Notes under the pieces: model-generated
The model's database searches: none
What the model was told of the DNA's origin: nothing
Seen by the model: the letters and a program-made list of their open reading frames with translations, nothing else
Shown: positions 9,618 to 20,089 of the stretch, in pieces
Position numbering within the stretch: the stretch's first letter is position 1
Layout: every line of letters begins with the position of its first letter
Position numbers and translations under genes: made by a program
Assembly (NCBI GenBank): GCA_963663475.2
Contig: CAXXJV010000001.1
Location: 2,720,001 to 2,784,000, forward strand
From: Candidatus Cloacimonadales bacterium
GTDB taxonomy: Bacteria > Cloacimonadota > Cloacimonadia > Cloacimonadales > JAFGVF01
Direction of reading: 5' to 3'
DNA length: 64,000 nt

Positions 9618-11231
9618 TTAGTTTTCTTTCTTAAGAGTTTTGGAAACTGCATTTAGCAAATCTTCTGATGAGAATGGTTTTCGTAAAAAGAGAATACCTT
9701 GAGAAATTAATTTCTTTAGTTCATCTTTTTCTTTTGAGTAACCACTTGTGATAATGAAAGGTACCTGGCTATGGATACTTTTGAGTGATTCATATAGACT
9801 ATAGCCATCTCCATCAGGCAGGATTAAATCAGAAATAATTAAATCAATATTATTAAATTGCTCTTTAATAATTTCAGATGCAGAAGCAATGTCTCTACAA
9901 GCAACAACAGTAAAGTTATTCTTTCTGAGTATTTTGAGAACAACATTACAAATCAAATCATCATCTTCAATCAAGAGGACCTTTTCTTTTTTCCCTATAA
10001 TTCGAGTTTTACTCTTTGCGAGTTGGGCAATAGAATTAATAACATTTGCTTGATGAATAGGTAAGTAAATTTTAAAGACTGTTCCAAAGCCAATATTACT
10101 CTCAATATCAATAAAACCATTGTATTGTTTAACAATGCCTTGCACATTTGACAAGCCTAGACCTGTACCTTTACCTTCAGCTTTAGTAGTAAAGAAGGGT
10201 TCAAAAATCTTTTCAATATGTTCTTGAGAAATACCTACACCTGTATCTGCTACAGATAGTTTCAAGTATTTACCAGGTCTTCTGTCAAAATTATCTTTAA
10301 AATCATCAGCTTTGATTTCGATTTCTTCAGTTGATATTTTTATAGTTCCACCATTTTCCATAGCATCACGAGCATTTAAGCAGAGATTAAGGATAATTTG
10401 TTCAAATTGAATTTCATCAGCTTTAATTTTTATAGGATTACTAGAAAGTTTAAGGTCAATATTTATGTTTTCACCTATCAAACGAGATATCATTTTTCTC
10501 ATATAAGAAAGGGATTCATTTACATTTAAATCAACGAATTCAACTTCTTGCTTTCTAGTAAAGATTAAAAGCTGTTTTGTAAGAGAGGAAGCTTTATTGG
10601 CAGCTTGGATTATAGTTTCAATATTTTCAACATATACTTCATTACTCTCACCATAATCTAAACAGAGTTCAGCATTGCCGATAATTACTTGCAAAATATT
10701 ATTAAAATCATGAGCCATACCCATCGATAGGTGACCAATTGTTTCTAACTTAGAACGTTGTTCTTTACTTTTCCTAAGTTCTTCGAGCTCAGATATATCT
10801 GTAAATATCTCATAAAAGCCATCTATATTGCTGTGATGATAAATGGGAATAACCTTCATTTCATATTGTCTTGAAGCTAATAGCAACTTTTTTGTTATAA
10901 CTTTTCTTTTTATAAATGCTTCTTTAAAGGGAAGTTGAGGTTCATAAGAAGAAATTATCAAATCAGGTTCAGAAGTTTTACCAATTTCAATGTTAGGTAT
11001 TAAATCCCTTGCCATATAATTATACTCTTCAATCAAACCATCAAGATTTATCCTAATAGCAGGCAAATGCAGTCTGAAAAGGAGGTTATTATCAGTTTCT
11101 GTTTTTAAGAGATTGTTTTGCTTATTTTGGTCATTAGTAGGAGGTGTAGCTACCTGCTTATTTTTACTAACAAGCAGGTAAACTACCAAAGTAATTAAGA
11201 TAGTATTAATTACAATTAAGTAAATATCCAT
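9618..11231 (-). CDS. Hybrid sensor histidine kinase/receiver (CckA-like)
   Basis: [34 protein letters not shown]-terminal receiver (IEDD...SDLILP...KPF). Confidence 0.9.
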   Translation of the reverse strand: MDIYLIVINTILITLVVYLLVSKNKQVATPPTNDQNKQNNLLKTETDNNLLFRLHLPAIRINLDGLIEEYNYMARDLIPNIEIGKTSEPDLIISSYEPQLPFKEAFIKRKVITKKLLLASRQYEMKVIPIYHHSNIDGFYEIFTDISELEELRKSKEQRSKLETIGHLSMGMAHDFNNILQVIIGNAELCLDYGESNEVYVENIETIIQAANKASSLTKQLLIFTRKQEVEFVDLNVNESLSYMRKMISRLIGENINIDLKLSSNPIKIKADEIQFEQIILNLCLNARDAMENGGTIKISTEEIEIKADDFKDNFDRRPGKYLKLSVADTGVGISQEHIEKIFEPFFTTKAEGKGTGLGLSNVQGIVKQYNGFIDIESNIGFGTVFKIYLPIHQANVINSIAQLAKSKTRIIGKKEKVLLIEDDDLICNVVLKILRKNNFTVVACRDIASASEIIKEQFNNIDLIISDLILPDGDGYSLYESLKSIHSQVPFIITSGYSKEKDELKKLISQGILFLRKPFSSEDLLNAVSKTLKKEN

Positions 11232-11240
11232 ATCTCTATC

Positions 11241-12701
11241 TTAGAACTTAAATTCTACAGTAAAAGAAAAGGTTTTTGCAATTTCATCTTCACCTTTTAT
11301 CTTACCATCATTATTCATATCAGAGTAACGTTCTTGATAATTACCTACTAAGTAAGAGTTGCCACCTAACTCGTAAGAAATTTTTCCAGTAACCGTTGCA
11401 TTCTCATTTCTAAAATGTTTGAAGTTAATATATTCTTTATTTCTTTGGGCATATTCAATTGAAGCTTGATTAATCTTAGGAATCATAGAAGTATCAGCTC
11501 TTAATCCAGCCCAGATAGATTTACCAGTTACAACATCTTCACCATACATATCTTGATAAGCTAAGTCAAAGAAGAATAATTGTCCAATATTAGCTGTAAT
11601 AGAACCATACCAACCAGTAGAAGCTTTTATACCATCAAGAATAGATGTTTTTGTATAGATTTCCTGACCTCTAACAAAAGCTCTTTGATCATCGTATAAA
11701 TAATCAAAGAAACCAGGGATAAATTCATCCTCAAATCTTCTTCCTTCTAATTTCATATCAAAAATAGCAAATTTAGCACCAAAACCAGGGAAGATGAATC
11801 CTTGACCATAATCTATTATTTTTGCATATTCAGCATAATGGTATAATTTAAAGTAATCATAATCTACTAATGGTAAAGTATAGTCTGTACCAACTATTGT
11901 TACATCTTCTTCTTTATCGTAGATTGGTTTATCATCTAATTGAATATCATCATCAAGAGGATCATAGATATTATCACCATCGGCATCAATATCAATTTCA
12001 TCAGGGAATCCATCTCCATCAGTATCAACCGCATAGTTGTTATCATCTGGGAAAGAATCAAAGATGTCAGGTACATTATCGCCATCTTCATCTTCAAAAC
12101 GCTTGTATTGATCAAGATCATGAGCAAAAGAAACTCCTACATCAAGCTGACTTAACAATGGGAAGTTGGAAAGCTCTAGAGGCTTAAAATGAGCTCGGGA
12201 AGCAAAGATATCCATTTTACTGAAATCTGCTGCAAACATTTCCATTCCAAAACCACTAATCTCAGTATTAAAACCAAAATAGCCACCAATCTTCTTACTA
12301 TCAGGATAATTCAACATGTTTGTATAACCATTAACTATTAGACCATTGGCTAAAGTGTAGGAAGGAAAAGATCCTACTAGAGCATAGAAAGGATCTCCCC
12401 TGTGGGCATAGCGTAAATAGAGTATTTTGTTAACATAGTCTTGCCATTCATCCCAATCTTCTTCCCTAATATCGCCTTCTCCAGTGATTAGAAAATCAAT
12501 ATCAAGTCCTAGACCAAATTTCCAGAATACAAGCTCAGGATTTAATCTAATTCTTGTGTATGTCTCACCATTAATAGTAGTAGCTCCAACAGAGCCTCCC
12601 ATTTGAAAACCTTCATCTTGAGAAACATCCATTCCACCTTCTTGACCTATAAGAAGAAGTGGGAAGATCATTAAAAAAAGTAGTATTATCTTTTTCATCA
12701 T
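11241..12701 (-). CDS. Exported, probably outer-membrane beta-barrel protein with Asp-rich Ca-binding (thrombospondin type-3-like) repeats
   Basis: Signal peptide; DEDGDNVPD...DTDGDGFPD...DADGDNIYD; ends FSFTVEFKF (terminal Phe). Confidence 0.6.
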   Translation of the reverse strand: MMKKIILLFLMIFPLLLIGQEGGMDVSQDEGFQMGGSVGATTINGETYTRIRLNPELVFWKFGLGLDIDFLITGEGDIREEDWDEWQDYVNKILYLRYAHRGDPFYALVGSFPSYTLANGLIVNGYTNMLNYPDSKKIGGYFGFNTEISGFGMEMFAADFSKMDIFASRAHFKPLELSNFPLLSQLDVGVSFAHDLDQYKRFEDEDGDNVPDIFDSFPDDNNYAVDTDGDGFPDEIDIDADGDNIYDPLDDDIQLDDKPIYDKEEDVTIVGTDYTLPLVDYDYFKLYHYAEYAKIIDYGQGFIFPGFGAKFAIFDMKLEGRRFEDEFIPGFFDYLYDDQRAFVRGQEIYTKTSILDGIKASTGWYGSITANIGQLFFFDLAYQDMYGEDVVTGKSIWAGLRADTSMIPKINQASIEYAQRNKEYINFKHFRNENATVTGKISYELGGNSYLVGNYQERYSDMNNDGKIKGEDEIAKTFSFTVEFKF

Positions 12702-12773
12702 TACCCCTTAAATTTTATTATTATTAAACTATTTTTTACAAATTATTATTATTAAGTCAAGAAAAAACTCTAC

Positions 12774-13865
12774 TTAATCTAATATTTGCATTTCAATTCC
12801 TAGCTCTTTTTGCATAACTTTAAGATTTTCTAGTAAAGCTGGCGTAATTGGAACACCCTTGTCTCTGATTTCTTTCTCTTTATAATACTCTTTCTCTCCA
12901 GCTATCCATATTTTATCTTTATTAGGAGCAACTTGAGACTTCTTTAAGGTGGTCATTATATCACCTGTAATTTTCTTAAAGTCTGCAATCTCAGTAAAAA
13001 AGTCAATATTAATAGCTAGGAAGAAATGACCCAGTTTATAAGGAATCCTATTTCCATCTTTGTCAAAGCCATGTAAGCCTTGCAAGTAAGCTCCATTTTG
13101 TAAAGCAGCACAAAGGATTTCTACCATAACACCTAGACTATAGCCTTTATGAGAACCTGTTTCTTCATCAGCACCTCCAATTGGCAACATAGCAGCTTGT
13201 TTAGAAATAAGATCTTTTAGTAATTGCTTAGTATCAGTGAAAGGCTTACCTTGTCTATCTATAGCCCAGCCAAGCGGTGTTTCTTTTCCTTCTCTATCTA
13301 AGACCTCTATTTTCCCTCTTTGGGAAATGGAAGTAGCACCATCAAAGAGGAAAGGGTATTCTAAGTTAGAAGGAGCTCCAAAGCAGATTGGATTTGTTCC
13401 TAACATTGGGTCAACCCCATTAGTTGGTGCTATAGAAGGTCTAGCATTAGTAAATGTTATCCCTATCATATCTTCTTGCGTAGCCATAGAAGCGTAATAA
13501 CCAGCTATTCCATAATGAGTTGAGTTTCTGACTACTACACAACCTATGCCATATTTTTTAGCTTTATCTATAGCTGTTTGCATAGCACGATGTGAGATTA
13601 CATGTCCCATACCATGATTTCCATCCCATACAGCAGTTGCATACTTATCCCTAATTATATCAATTTTTGTTTCAGGAAACTGAATCCCTGCTTTGATTCT
13701 ATCATAATACATCTTGCAACGTCCTATACCATGAGATTCTATACCTCTTAAGTCTGATTCAATTAAGACGTCAGCACATATTTTGGCTTCCTCTGCAGGT
13801 ACTTGCAACCTAGTAAATACTTCCACCATAAACTTATGAAGTTTTTCAACTGGTATTCTTAACAT
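12774..13865 (-). CDS. Ldh_2-family (malate/L-lactate/sulfolactate) dehydrogenase
   Basis: ESDLRGIESHG, NSTHYG, GTNPI and HKGY motifs. Start moved to ATG 13865 because it has an AGGGGG RBS and the track's TTG falls inside the promoter. Confidence 0.85.
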   Translation of the reverse strand: MLRIPVEKLHKFMVEVFTRLQVPAEEAKICADVLIESDLRGIESHGIGRCKMYYDRIKAGIQFPETKIDIIRDKYATAVWDGNHGMGHVISHRAMQTAIDKAKKYGIGCVVVRNSTHYGIAGYYASMATQEDMIGITFTNARPSIAPTNGVDPMLGTNPICFGAPSNLEYPFLFDGATSISQRGKIEVLDREGKETPLGWAIDRQGKPFTDTKQLLKDLISKQAAMLPIGGADEETGSHKGYSLGVMVEILCAALQNGAYLQGLHGFDKDGNRIPYKLGHFFLAINIDFFTEIADFKKITGDIMTTLKKSQVAPNKDKIWIAGEKEYYKEKEIRDKGVPITPALLENLKVMQKELGIEMQILD

Positions 13866-13950
13866 TTTTCCCCCTAATAATCTATTTATATTTTGCAATA
13901 AAGCTGATTAAATCTATCGATGTCAAGTTTTTTATAGCTTAATTTTTTAA

Positions 13951-14111
13951 CCCAGATAGTGTAATAGAGCTTTAGTGAAGAGTGCAGATTATTCTAGCAA
14001 AATAGCTTACAGAATTTTGACGCATATATTTTATATATTCGGAGAAATTATGGAAGCTACTTTTGCAGAAGAATATAGTGCTATTCACAAAGGTCTACTG
14101 CATTATTTGGG
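13951..14111 (+). mobile_element. Foldback MITE copy 4
   Basis: Aligns to copies 1-3; tttaa duplication at 13946-13950 and 14112-14116. Confidence 0.85.
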
Positions 14112-14214
14112 TTTAACTATTAACTTGCAAGATTCTTAATGATAAAAGCCCTCAGCAACTTAGCATAAAGATACATTTATAAGTAACTTTCTGTTTAGTA
14201 CTCTCAACTAAAAC

Positions 14215-16209
14215 TTATTTTTTTAGTTCATGTAAGTGATAAATATCAACTCCCTTATTTTTACCTTTTACGTATTCATTGCAGATAAATTCAACTTTTG
14301 CTTTATCTTTTAGTAAGTTTAAGGTAAATTCTGATATAATAATTTTATTTTTACTAGGATACTTTTTATTAGAAGCTTCTAAACGAGCTCCTAGGTTAAT
14401 CACATCACCAATGGCAGTATAATCAAAAACCTGCTCTGAACCTAAGTTTCCCACAACTGCTACACCAGAATTAACACCAATTCCGATTTCAATTATATCC
14501 TTACCTTCCTTGGCCCATTTTGCTTGAAGCTGAGTCAACCTTTCCCTCATAACCAGAGCAGTTTTACAGGCATTATAAGCATGGTTATCATCTTGTAAAG
14601 GAGTACCATAAAGAGCCATAATTTCATCACCAACAAATTTATCAATAATCCCCTTATTTTCGATAACTATTTTAGTCATTTCAGTAAGATATTCTCGTAA
14701 CATGGCTACAGTATCTTCCATGGGGTGGGATTCTGTATAAGTAGTAAAAGAGCGGATATCAGAGAAAAGAACAGAGATTTCCTTATTGGCTCCTCCATAT
14801 TGGAGTTGTTTAGGATCTGAGATAAGCTGATTAACTAATTCAGGTGCCATGTAGTGCTGGAAGGCTGATTTAATTTCTCTTTTTGCTTTAGCTTCTTGGA
14901 TATATTTTTCTATCAAGTTATATAGATAGATAATAAAGAGAGGCATAACAAATTCTAGTTTAGGGAGTATTAAGTTTGAGTATTTTAAAAGGGAAAGAGT
15001 AAGTAGGTAATGGATAAAAAGAATGATAATTAAAATAATTAGAGATTTATAAGCATTATATTTATGGAACAAGTAACTGGTAAAAATTAGAAAAATTAAG
15101 AGTGAAATGTAAAAAAAATAATGGTTAAGATAAAATATTAAATCATCAGCTAAGAGAGAGTCTAAGAAATTGGCATGTACTTCTACTCCAGGCATTATCC
15201 CGAAAGGAGTATGGAAGTTATCGTGGTGTTCTTTCAAGGTAGAACCGATTAAGACAATCTTATTGTGGAAGGCTTGTTTTTCTATAAGTTTTTCTAGGTT
15301 ACTTTTAGTTACTTCTTCAGTATCAATCCCCATATCAGTGAGTTTTTGACTTAGTTCATCATCAAGCTCGAAATCAGAAAAGAAGTCTAATTCTTCAGAT
15401 GTTAAGCTAGAGGAAAGATCTATCAAATCGATGAAAGAGTAGTAAGTTGAAGCAGGATTGATAGTATTATCCCCAGAAAAAGTTCCTGCTCTCCCCCTGT
15501 AGTTTATAGGAGTAATATAGTTTAAATAGTATGGTAGAACTTGCTCTCCACAAGTTATATTTTTTTTCTTTTTATTTACTTGTATCTGATTATTAGTATA
15601 GAGGGAAAAAGCCTTGAGAGCCAGAGAATAGATTTCTTGGTCATTTAAGGTATCCATTACTTGATATTTTCTGAGGAAGTTATCAATATCAGTGAAATTA
15701 GATACAAGCCCCAGTTTAGGCTTGGATTGCATGATACGCTTATTTGGTAGTAGTAAAAAGTGATTTTTTCCTTCTCTTTCAATCTTACAGGCGTGAATGA
15801 CATTACTGTTTGCCGATATAGCTCCTAAATCAAAATCATCTCTTTCAAGTTCTTGATTTACTAATGAGACCAAGTCTTGATTTTCCTGACCTAGTAGAGA
15901 GATTTGAGCTGTTTCAGGGAATTGGACATCAAACACAATAACCTGTCCCCCAGCTCTTTGGATATTTTCGATTAATTGAATATAAAGGGATCTAGGAAGA
16001 GGCCATTGCATATTTAGAGTACGCATTGTTTCTTCATCAATAGCAACAATTGCTACTTTCTCACTAGTAGAAATATGACCTCTTTGTTGCATAAAGAGGT
16101 CATATAATTTCGCTTCTAGTTGGAGAAATATATTAGTAAAAGAGCTTAGAAAGGTAAATAAAAATACAATTAAGGCTACAATTACAAATTTATATCTCTT
16201 TAAAAACAT
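14215..16209 (-). CDS. CHASE2-domain class III adenylate cyclase
   Basis: IVAIDEET...WPLPR (CHASE2), PGVEVHAN, three TMs, FSDIRSFT, DKFVGD, YTAIGDVINLGARLE (Lys/Thr indicate adenine specificity). Confidence 0.92.
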   Translation of the reverse strand: MFLKRYKFVIVALIVFLFTFLSSFTNIFLQLEAKLYDLFMQQRGHISTSEKVAIVAIDEETMRTLNMQWPLPRSLYIQLIENIQRAGGQVIVFDVQFPETAQISLLGQENQDLVSLVNQELERDDFDLGAISANSNVIHACKIEREGKNHFLLLPNKRIMQSKPKLGLVSNFTDIDNFLRKYQVMDTLNDQEIYSLALKAFSLYTNNQIQVNKKKKNITCGEQVLPYYLNYITPINYRGRAGTFSGDNTINPASTYYSFIDLIDLSSSLTSEELDFFSDFELDDELSQKLTDMGIDTEEVTKSNLEKLIEKQAFHNKIVLIGSTLKEHHDNFHTPFGIMPGVEVHANFLDSLLADDLIFYLNHYFFYISLLIFLIFTSYLFHKYNAYKSLIILIIILFIHYLLTLSLLKYSNLILPKLEFVMPLFIIYLYNLIEKYIQEAKAKREIKSAFQHYMAPELVNQLISDPKQLQYGGANKEISVLFSDIRSFTTYTESHPMEDTVAMLREYLTEMTKIVIENKGIIDKFVGDEIMALYGTPLQDDNHAYNACKTALVMRERLTQLQAKWAKEGKDIIEIGIGVNSGVAVVGNLGSEQVFDYTAIGDVINLGARLEASNKKYPSKNKIIISEFTLNLLKDKAKVEFICNEYVKGKNKGVDIYHLHELKK

Positions 16210-16211
16210 AT

Positions 16212-18644
16212 TTAGAATTTCTGTACTATATTAAAATACCAGTTAACAGAAGAATAATCAGATTGATTAGCTTGATAGTCTCTATCTTTCAAGCTTATGC
16301 TAGAAGTTAAAGAAGTAAGCCTGAATGGATAATAGCTAAGTCCAAAGGATGTAGCTTGGTAAGAATTATCGGCATCACTATCCTTAATGTTTTCATTATT
16401 GCTAAATCTAAAATCAAAAAATGGGACAAGTTTTAGATAATCAATATCATATTCAAGTTTTAACCGCATTGAAGACCTATTCCATTCTTCTTCTTGATAG
16501 TAGAATTGATCTTCTTTAGCACTAGTAACACCAGCAACATGACCTGTAGATTTAGTAAAGCTATAGGAGATTTGGGTTTTAAGAGGAATAGCTGTCATTT
16601 TGGAAATATACCTTAAGTAGTAGCTATCATTCTCAAACTCATACATGTCTCTTAAATCATCTTCATCTACACTGTTTTGATAATCAAAGTCAAGACTAAA
16701 GGGTAGATATGGAACTTTATCAAATGTATAACCAATACCTGCACCATAGGCAAAACTTCTATATTCTTGGGCTTCATCAATCACAGCTAATGGATCATCT
16801 TCATTAATATCAAAAACATCATTGTTTTCGATACTTGTTCTTCCCTTAGTAAAGTTTGCTCTTAAGACTGGTAATTTCTCTTTTCTGAAAACTGAATTAA
16901 CTTGATAATTACTATGAACATTTGTTGTTGCTAGATTTTCAGAAATATTATCACTTACTCTATTATATGAGAAGTCAACAAATACTGTATTATGGAAGTT
17001 TATATTATCTGCAAAAGTAAGTTCATGGGTATCTGTATTAACATTCTTAGCAGACAATGAATTAAAAGAAGAGCCTACTCGTGAGTAGTTAATGGAAAAT
17101 AAATTTCCTGCAATGTATAAACTAGAATATACCTTATAAGCCATGTTTGAAGAAGTCAAACTAAGTGGTTCAGTATTCTTGTTGATAATAAAAAATCCAT
17201 CAATAGATTGGGGGTCAAAGGGTAAGTCTCCTCCCACATCATTTTCCAGTTCATCTTCAGAGATAGCACCATCAATAATATTTGAATTATAGGCACTAAT
17301 AGCAAATTCAGCCCCAAAATTAAATAACTTGCGAGGTGATGATAATTTAACATCAGAAGAAAAAACTAGATTATCAACTGGATTTATTATTTGCTTATCT
17401 TGCTGGTCCTCTTTAGTATCAGTCTGCGCTATATAATAGTCTGAATAATCTAATGACGCTATTTTATCCTTATTCTTGGCTAGATTTAAGCCAAATTGAA
17501 AAGCATTTTGATTACCTAGAGCTAGTCTTACAGCCCCTGATTCCCTTTTGAATGTTCCAGGTATATACTGTCCACTGTCTTCTTTAGTAGAAATTGAACG
17601 GGCACTAGTTCCCCAATAACTTTCTAGTAAGAAATATTTGAAATGTAACTTACTACCAAAACCTCTGATATTGGCAGAATTTAAAGTAAATTCAGAGATA
17701 TAAGGACTCTTATCCCCCAGATAAATATCGAAATGTGGTACTTGAACATCAAAAGAGTATCTGTTAACAGATTGCCTATCAGAATTCTCTAAAGAAGATA
17801 AATAGATTCTGGAATTAACTCTACTATAAGAGTTATTTCCACTTACAGTAAATATTGCTGAATGGTTATTAGATGATGATTCAGAAGACCTGTCATTAGA
17901 ATCTTCATAGGAGAAGCTATTAGTATTTCCTTTATAATTAATATTTCCCCGTAGATTATAAGGGAGCTCATAAGTAAACATCTTCTGTTTAACCGAAACT
18001 TTCAATAGGCCTGAATCAAGATTTTGACCTGATAATTTCTTGCCAGTAATACGGAAATTAAAAGATTCCTTGATGTCTTCCACCTTATAAACTAGTAAAG
18101 TAGGAGTAACAATAAGATTATTGGTTTGGTCTTTCCCATTAATATACAAGTTTATCGAGTCATAATCAATCTCATCTTTTAAGCTAAAAAGAGAAACTGA
18201 AAGTGAGAAATCACTATCTTGTTCAACATCTTCTAAATCATTGAGAACAACAAAATCACTAACAATTTCTTCCCTAATAACCTGAACCAATATTGGACTC
18301 AGAGTTGCCTGTTGACTAGGATAAGTCACAACTTGATTATCAATTGTTTTAACTTCTATATAGTATTCTAAACCTCTAGCATATTGAGATATTGAGATTG
18401 GAACTTGATAATCACCATTCCGACCAGATTGAGGATCTACAGTAACAATTTCATAAGCTACTTCTCCTCTTTCCCGATAATAAACAAGAAAGTCTGTAAC
18501 TTCCTGCCAATTACCATCTAAAAAAATATCTAGCGTTAAAATAGAATCTTTATAAGCAACATAAGGCTGATTATGTTCAATAATTATCTCAGAATATAAC
18601 GTTATACTTAATACATATAATAAGAAAAATATAATTTTTTTCAT
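16212..18644 (-). CDS. Large exported protein with N-terminal Ig-like region and probable C-terminal beta-barrel
   Basis: Signal peptide; alternating amphipathic strands; ends WYFNIVQKF. Confidence 0.55.
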   Translation of the reverse strand: MKKIIFFLLYVLSITLYSEIIIEHNQPYVAYKDSILTLDIFLDGNWQEVTDFLVYYRERGEVAYEIVTVDPQSGRNGDYQVPISISQYARGLEYYIEVKTIDNQVVTYPSQQATLSPILVQVIREEIVSDFVVLNDLEDVEQDSDFSLSVSLFSLKDEIDYDSINLYINGKDQTNNLIVTPTLLVYKVEDIKESFNFRITGKKLSGQNLDSGLLKVSVKQKMFTYELPYNLRGNINYKGNTNSFSYEDSNDRSSESSSNNHSAIFTVSGNNSYSRVNSRIYLSSLENSDRQSVNRYSFDVQVPHFDIYLGDKSPYISEFTLNSANIRGFGSKLHFKYFLLESYWGTSARSISTKEDSGQYIPGTFKRESGAVRLALGNQNAFQFGLNLAKNKDKIASLDYSDYYIAQTDTKEDQQDKQIINPVDNLVFSSDVKLSSPRKLFNFGAEFAISAYNSNIIDGAISEDELENDVGGDLPFDPQSIDGFFIINKNTEPLSLTSSNMAYKVYSSLYIAGNLFSINYSRVGSSFNSLSAKNVNTDTHELTFADNINFHNTVFVDFSYNRVSDNISENLATTNVHSNYQVNSVFRKEKLPVLRANFTKGRTSIENNDVFDINEDDPLAVIDEAQEYRSFAYGAGIGYTFDKVPYLPFSLDFDYQNSVDEDDLRDMYEFENDSYYLRYISKMTAIPLKTQISYSFTKSTGHVAGVTSAKEDQFYYQEEEWNRSSMRLKLEYDIDYLKLVPFFDFRFSNNENIKDSDADNSYQATSFGLSYYPFRLTSLTSSISLKDRDYQANQSDYSSVNWYFNIVQKF

Positions 18645-18654
18645 TTTCTACCTC

Positions 18655-20079
18655 CTAATACTCTAAGATTATTGTCTTTATTGAACCATCATCATTCTCA
18701 AAGTAGATTTTCATTGTATTATCATACTCGGTAGATTCTAACTCTTCTTCAACCTCAGTTGGAACTTCTTCAGTCTCATATCTTTCCACTTGACCATCTT
18801 CAGTCGAGCTTACAGTATTTCCCTTAGTAACAAGACTTTTCTCTTTAGATTTCTTGTTTTCTACTTCTACCTTACCAGAAAATCCGATAACTTTAGTAAT
18901 ACCATCTTTTAATTCAACTAAGAATTCAGTACCTCTGACTGATGCTATTGTTGAAGTTGTTGAAACAGAGTATTTACCAGCTATTTTATTGTTCACTGTT
19001 GATAGAATTGAGCCACCTTTTAACTCTAATTCTTTGTTCAAAAGCTCATTATCTTCTTCTGCACTAATCAAAACTTCACTATTGGAAAAGACTCTTATTT
19101 TACTTGAGTTATCTACCATTTTAATCAAGGCTAAAGACTTATCATTAGTACGAATTCTATCTCTATTTTGTAAAAGCGTACCAACAGAACATTCAAGGGT
19201 TTCCTGACCTCTGACCAAAGTTAAATTTCCTTTGATTTTTAAAACCACAGCAATAGGAGTGTCGTCATTGGGAGCTGGTCCTCTTAAGCTTTTAGGACTA
19301 AGATCAGCAGCTTCTTTCTTTTCAACTTCAACAAGTGGTTTTTCAGGACTACTTTCTTTGTCTTTAGAATATGGGGTAGCAAAAGAAGAATAACTTTGTT
19401 CCATATGACTAGATACTATAGGACTTAATACATGTTTTAACTTTTCTATATCTTCTTTAGACTGAACCTTTAAATCTGAAATAGGTCCAATAACAATACT
19501 ACGACCACCACTTTCCTGCCTACCTTGCTCCTGTTTTTTTTCTGGAAATGCTTTTTCAATAATCTGGCCATCATCTGAAGATATCAATGATTGATTAGCT
19601 GATAAACTATGAGTCTTTCCAGATATCTTATTCAACACATCTACATTACCTTCAATTACACTTACTTGGGTTCCTTCTCCAGTAACAGCTACTTCGAAAT
19701 TAGTACCTCTTACCGACGCCACAGTAGAATTAGTCTCTACTATATATGAACCACTTATTTTATCCTTTAAATCATTAAGAATCTTTCCAGCCTTTAAGCT
19801 TACTGTCGTATTCAAACTATCTACTGATTTTATAGTAATGGATGAATTAGGAAAAACTCTTAAAGAAGCATTTGTATATTTATAAAATATTAAGGCATAT
19901 GAATCGTTCCCAGAATTAATACTGCTATTATTTTCTAGTGAATCACCTGCCTTGTAACTCACTTCTACAGAATCAACAAGTGAATATATGTTTCCTTGAA
20001 TCTTTGTAAAGACAGCTATTTCCTCTGCCATTGCGAAACTAGTTACTAGGATTAGTAATAAAATTAGAGCTCTTTTCAT
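18655..20079 (-). CDS. Exported protein with two tandem FecR domains
   Basis: Two internal repeats each with ASVRGT.F.V (STVASVRGTNFEV; STIASVRGTEFLV); cleavable-looking signal ending SFAMA. Confidence 0.85.
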   Translation of the reverse strand: MKRALILLLILVTSFAMAEEIAVFTKIQGNIYSLVDSVEVSYKAGDSLENNSSINSGNDSYALIFYKYTNASLRVFPNSSITIKSVDSLNTTVSLKAGKILNDLKDKISGSYIVETNSTVASVRGTNFEVAVTGEGTQVSVIEGNVDVLNKISGKTHSLSANQSLISSDDGQIIEKAFPEKKQEQGRQESGGRSIVIGPISDLKVQSKEDIEKLKHVLSPIVSSHMEQSYSSFATPYSKDKESSPEKPLVEVEKKEAADLSPKSLRGPAPNDDTPIAVVLKIKGNLTLVRGQETLECSVGTLLQNRDRIRTNDKSLALIKMVDNSSKIRVFSNSEVLISAEEDNELLNKELELKGGSILSTVNNKIAGKYSVSTTSTIASVRGTEFLVELKDGITKVIGFSGKVEVENKKSKEKSLVTKGNTVSSTEDGQVERYETEEVPTEVEEELESTEYDNTMKIYFENDDGSIKTIILEY

Positions 20080-20089
20080 TATCTCCTCC

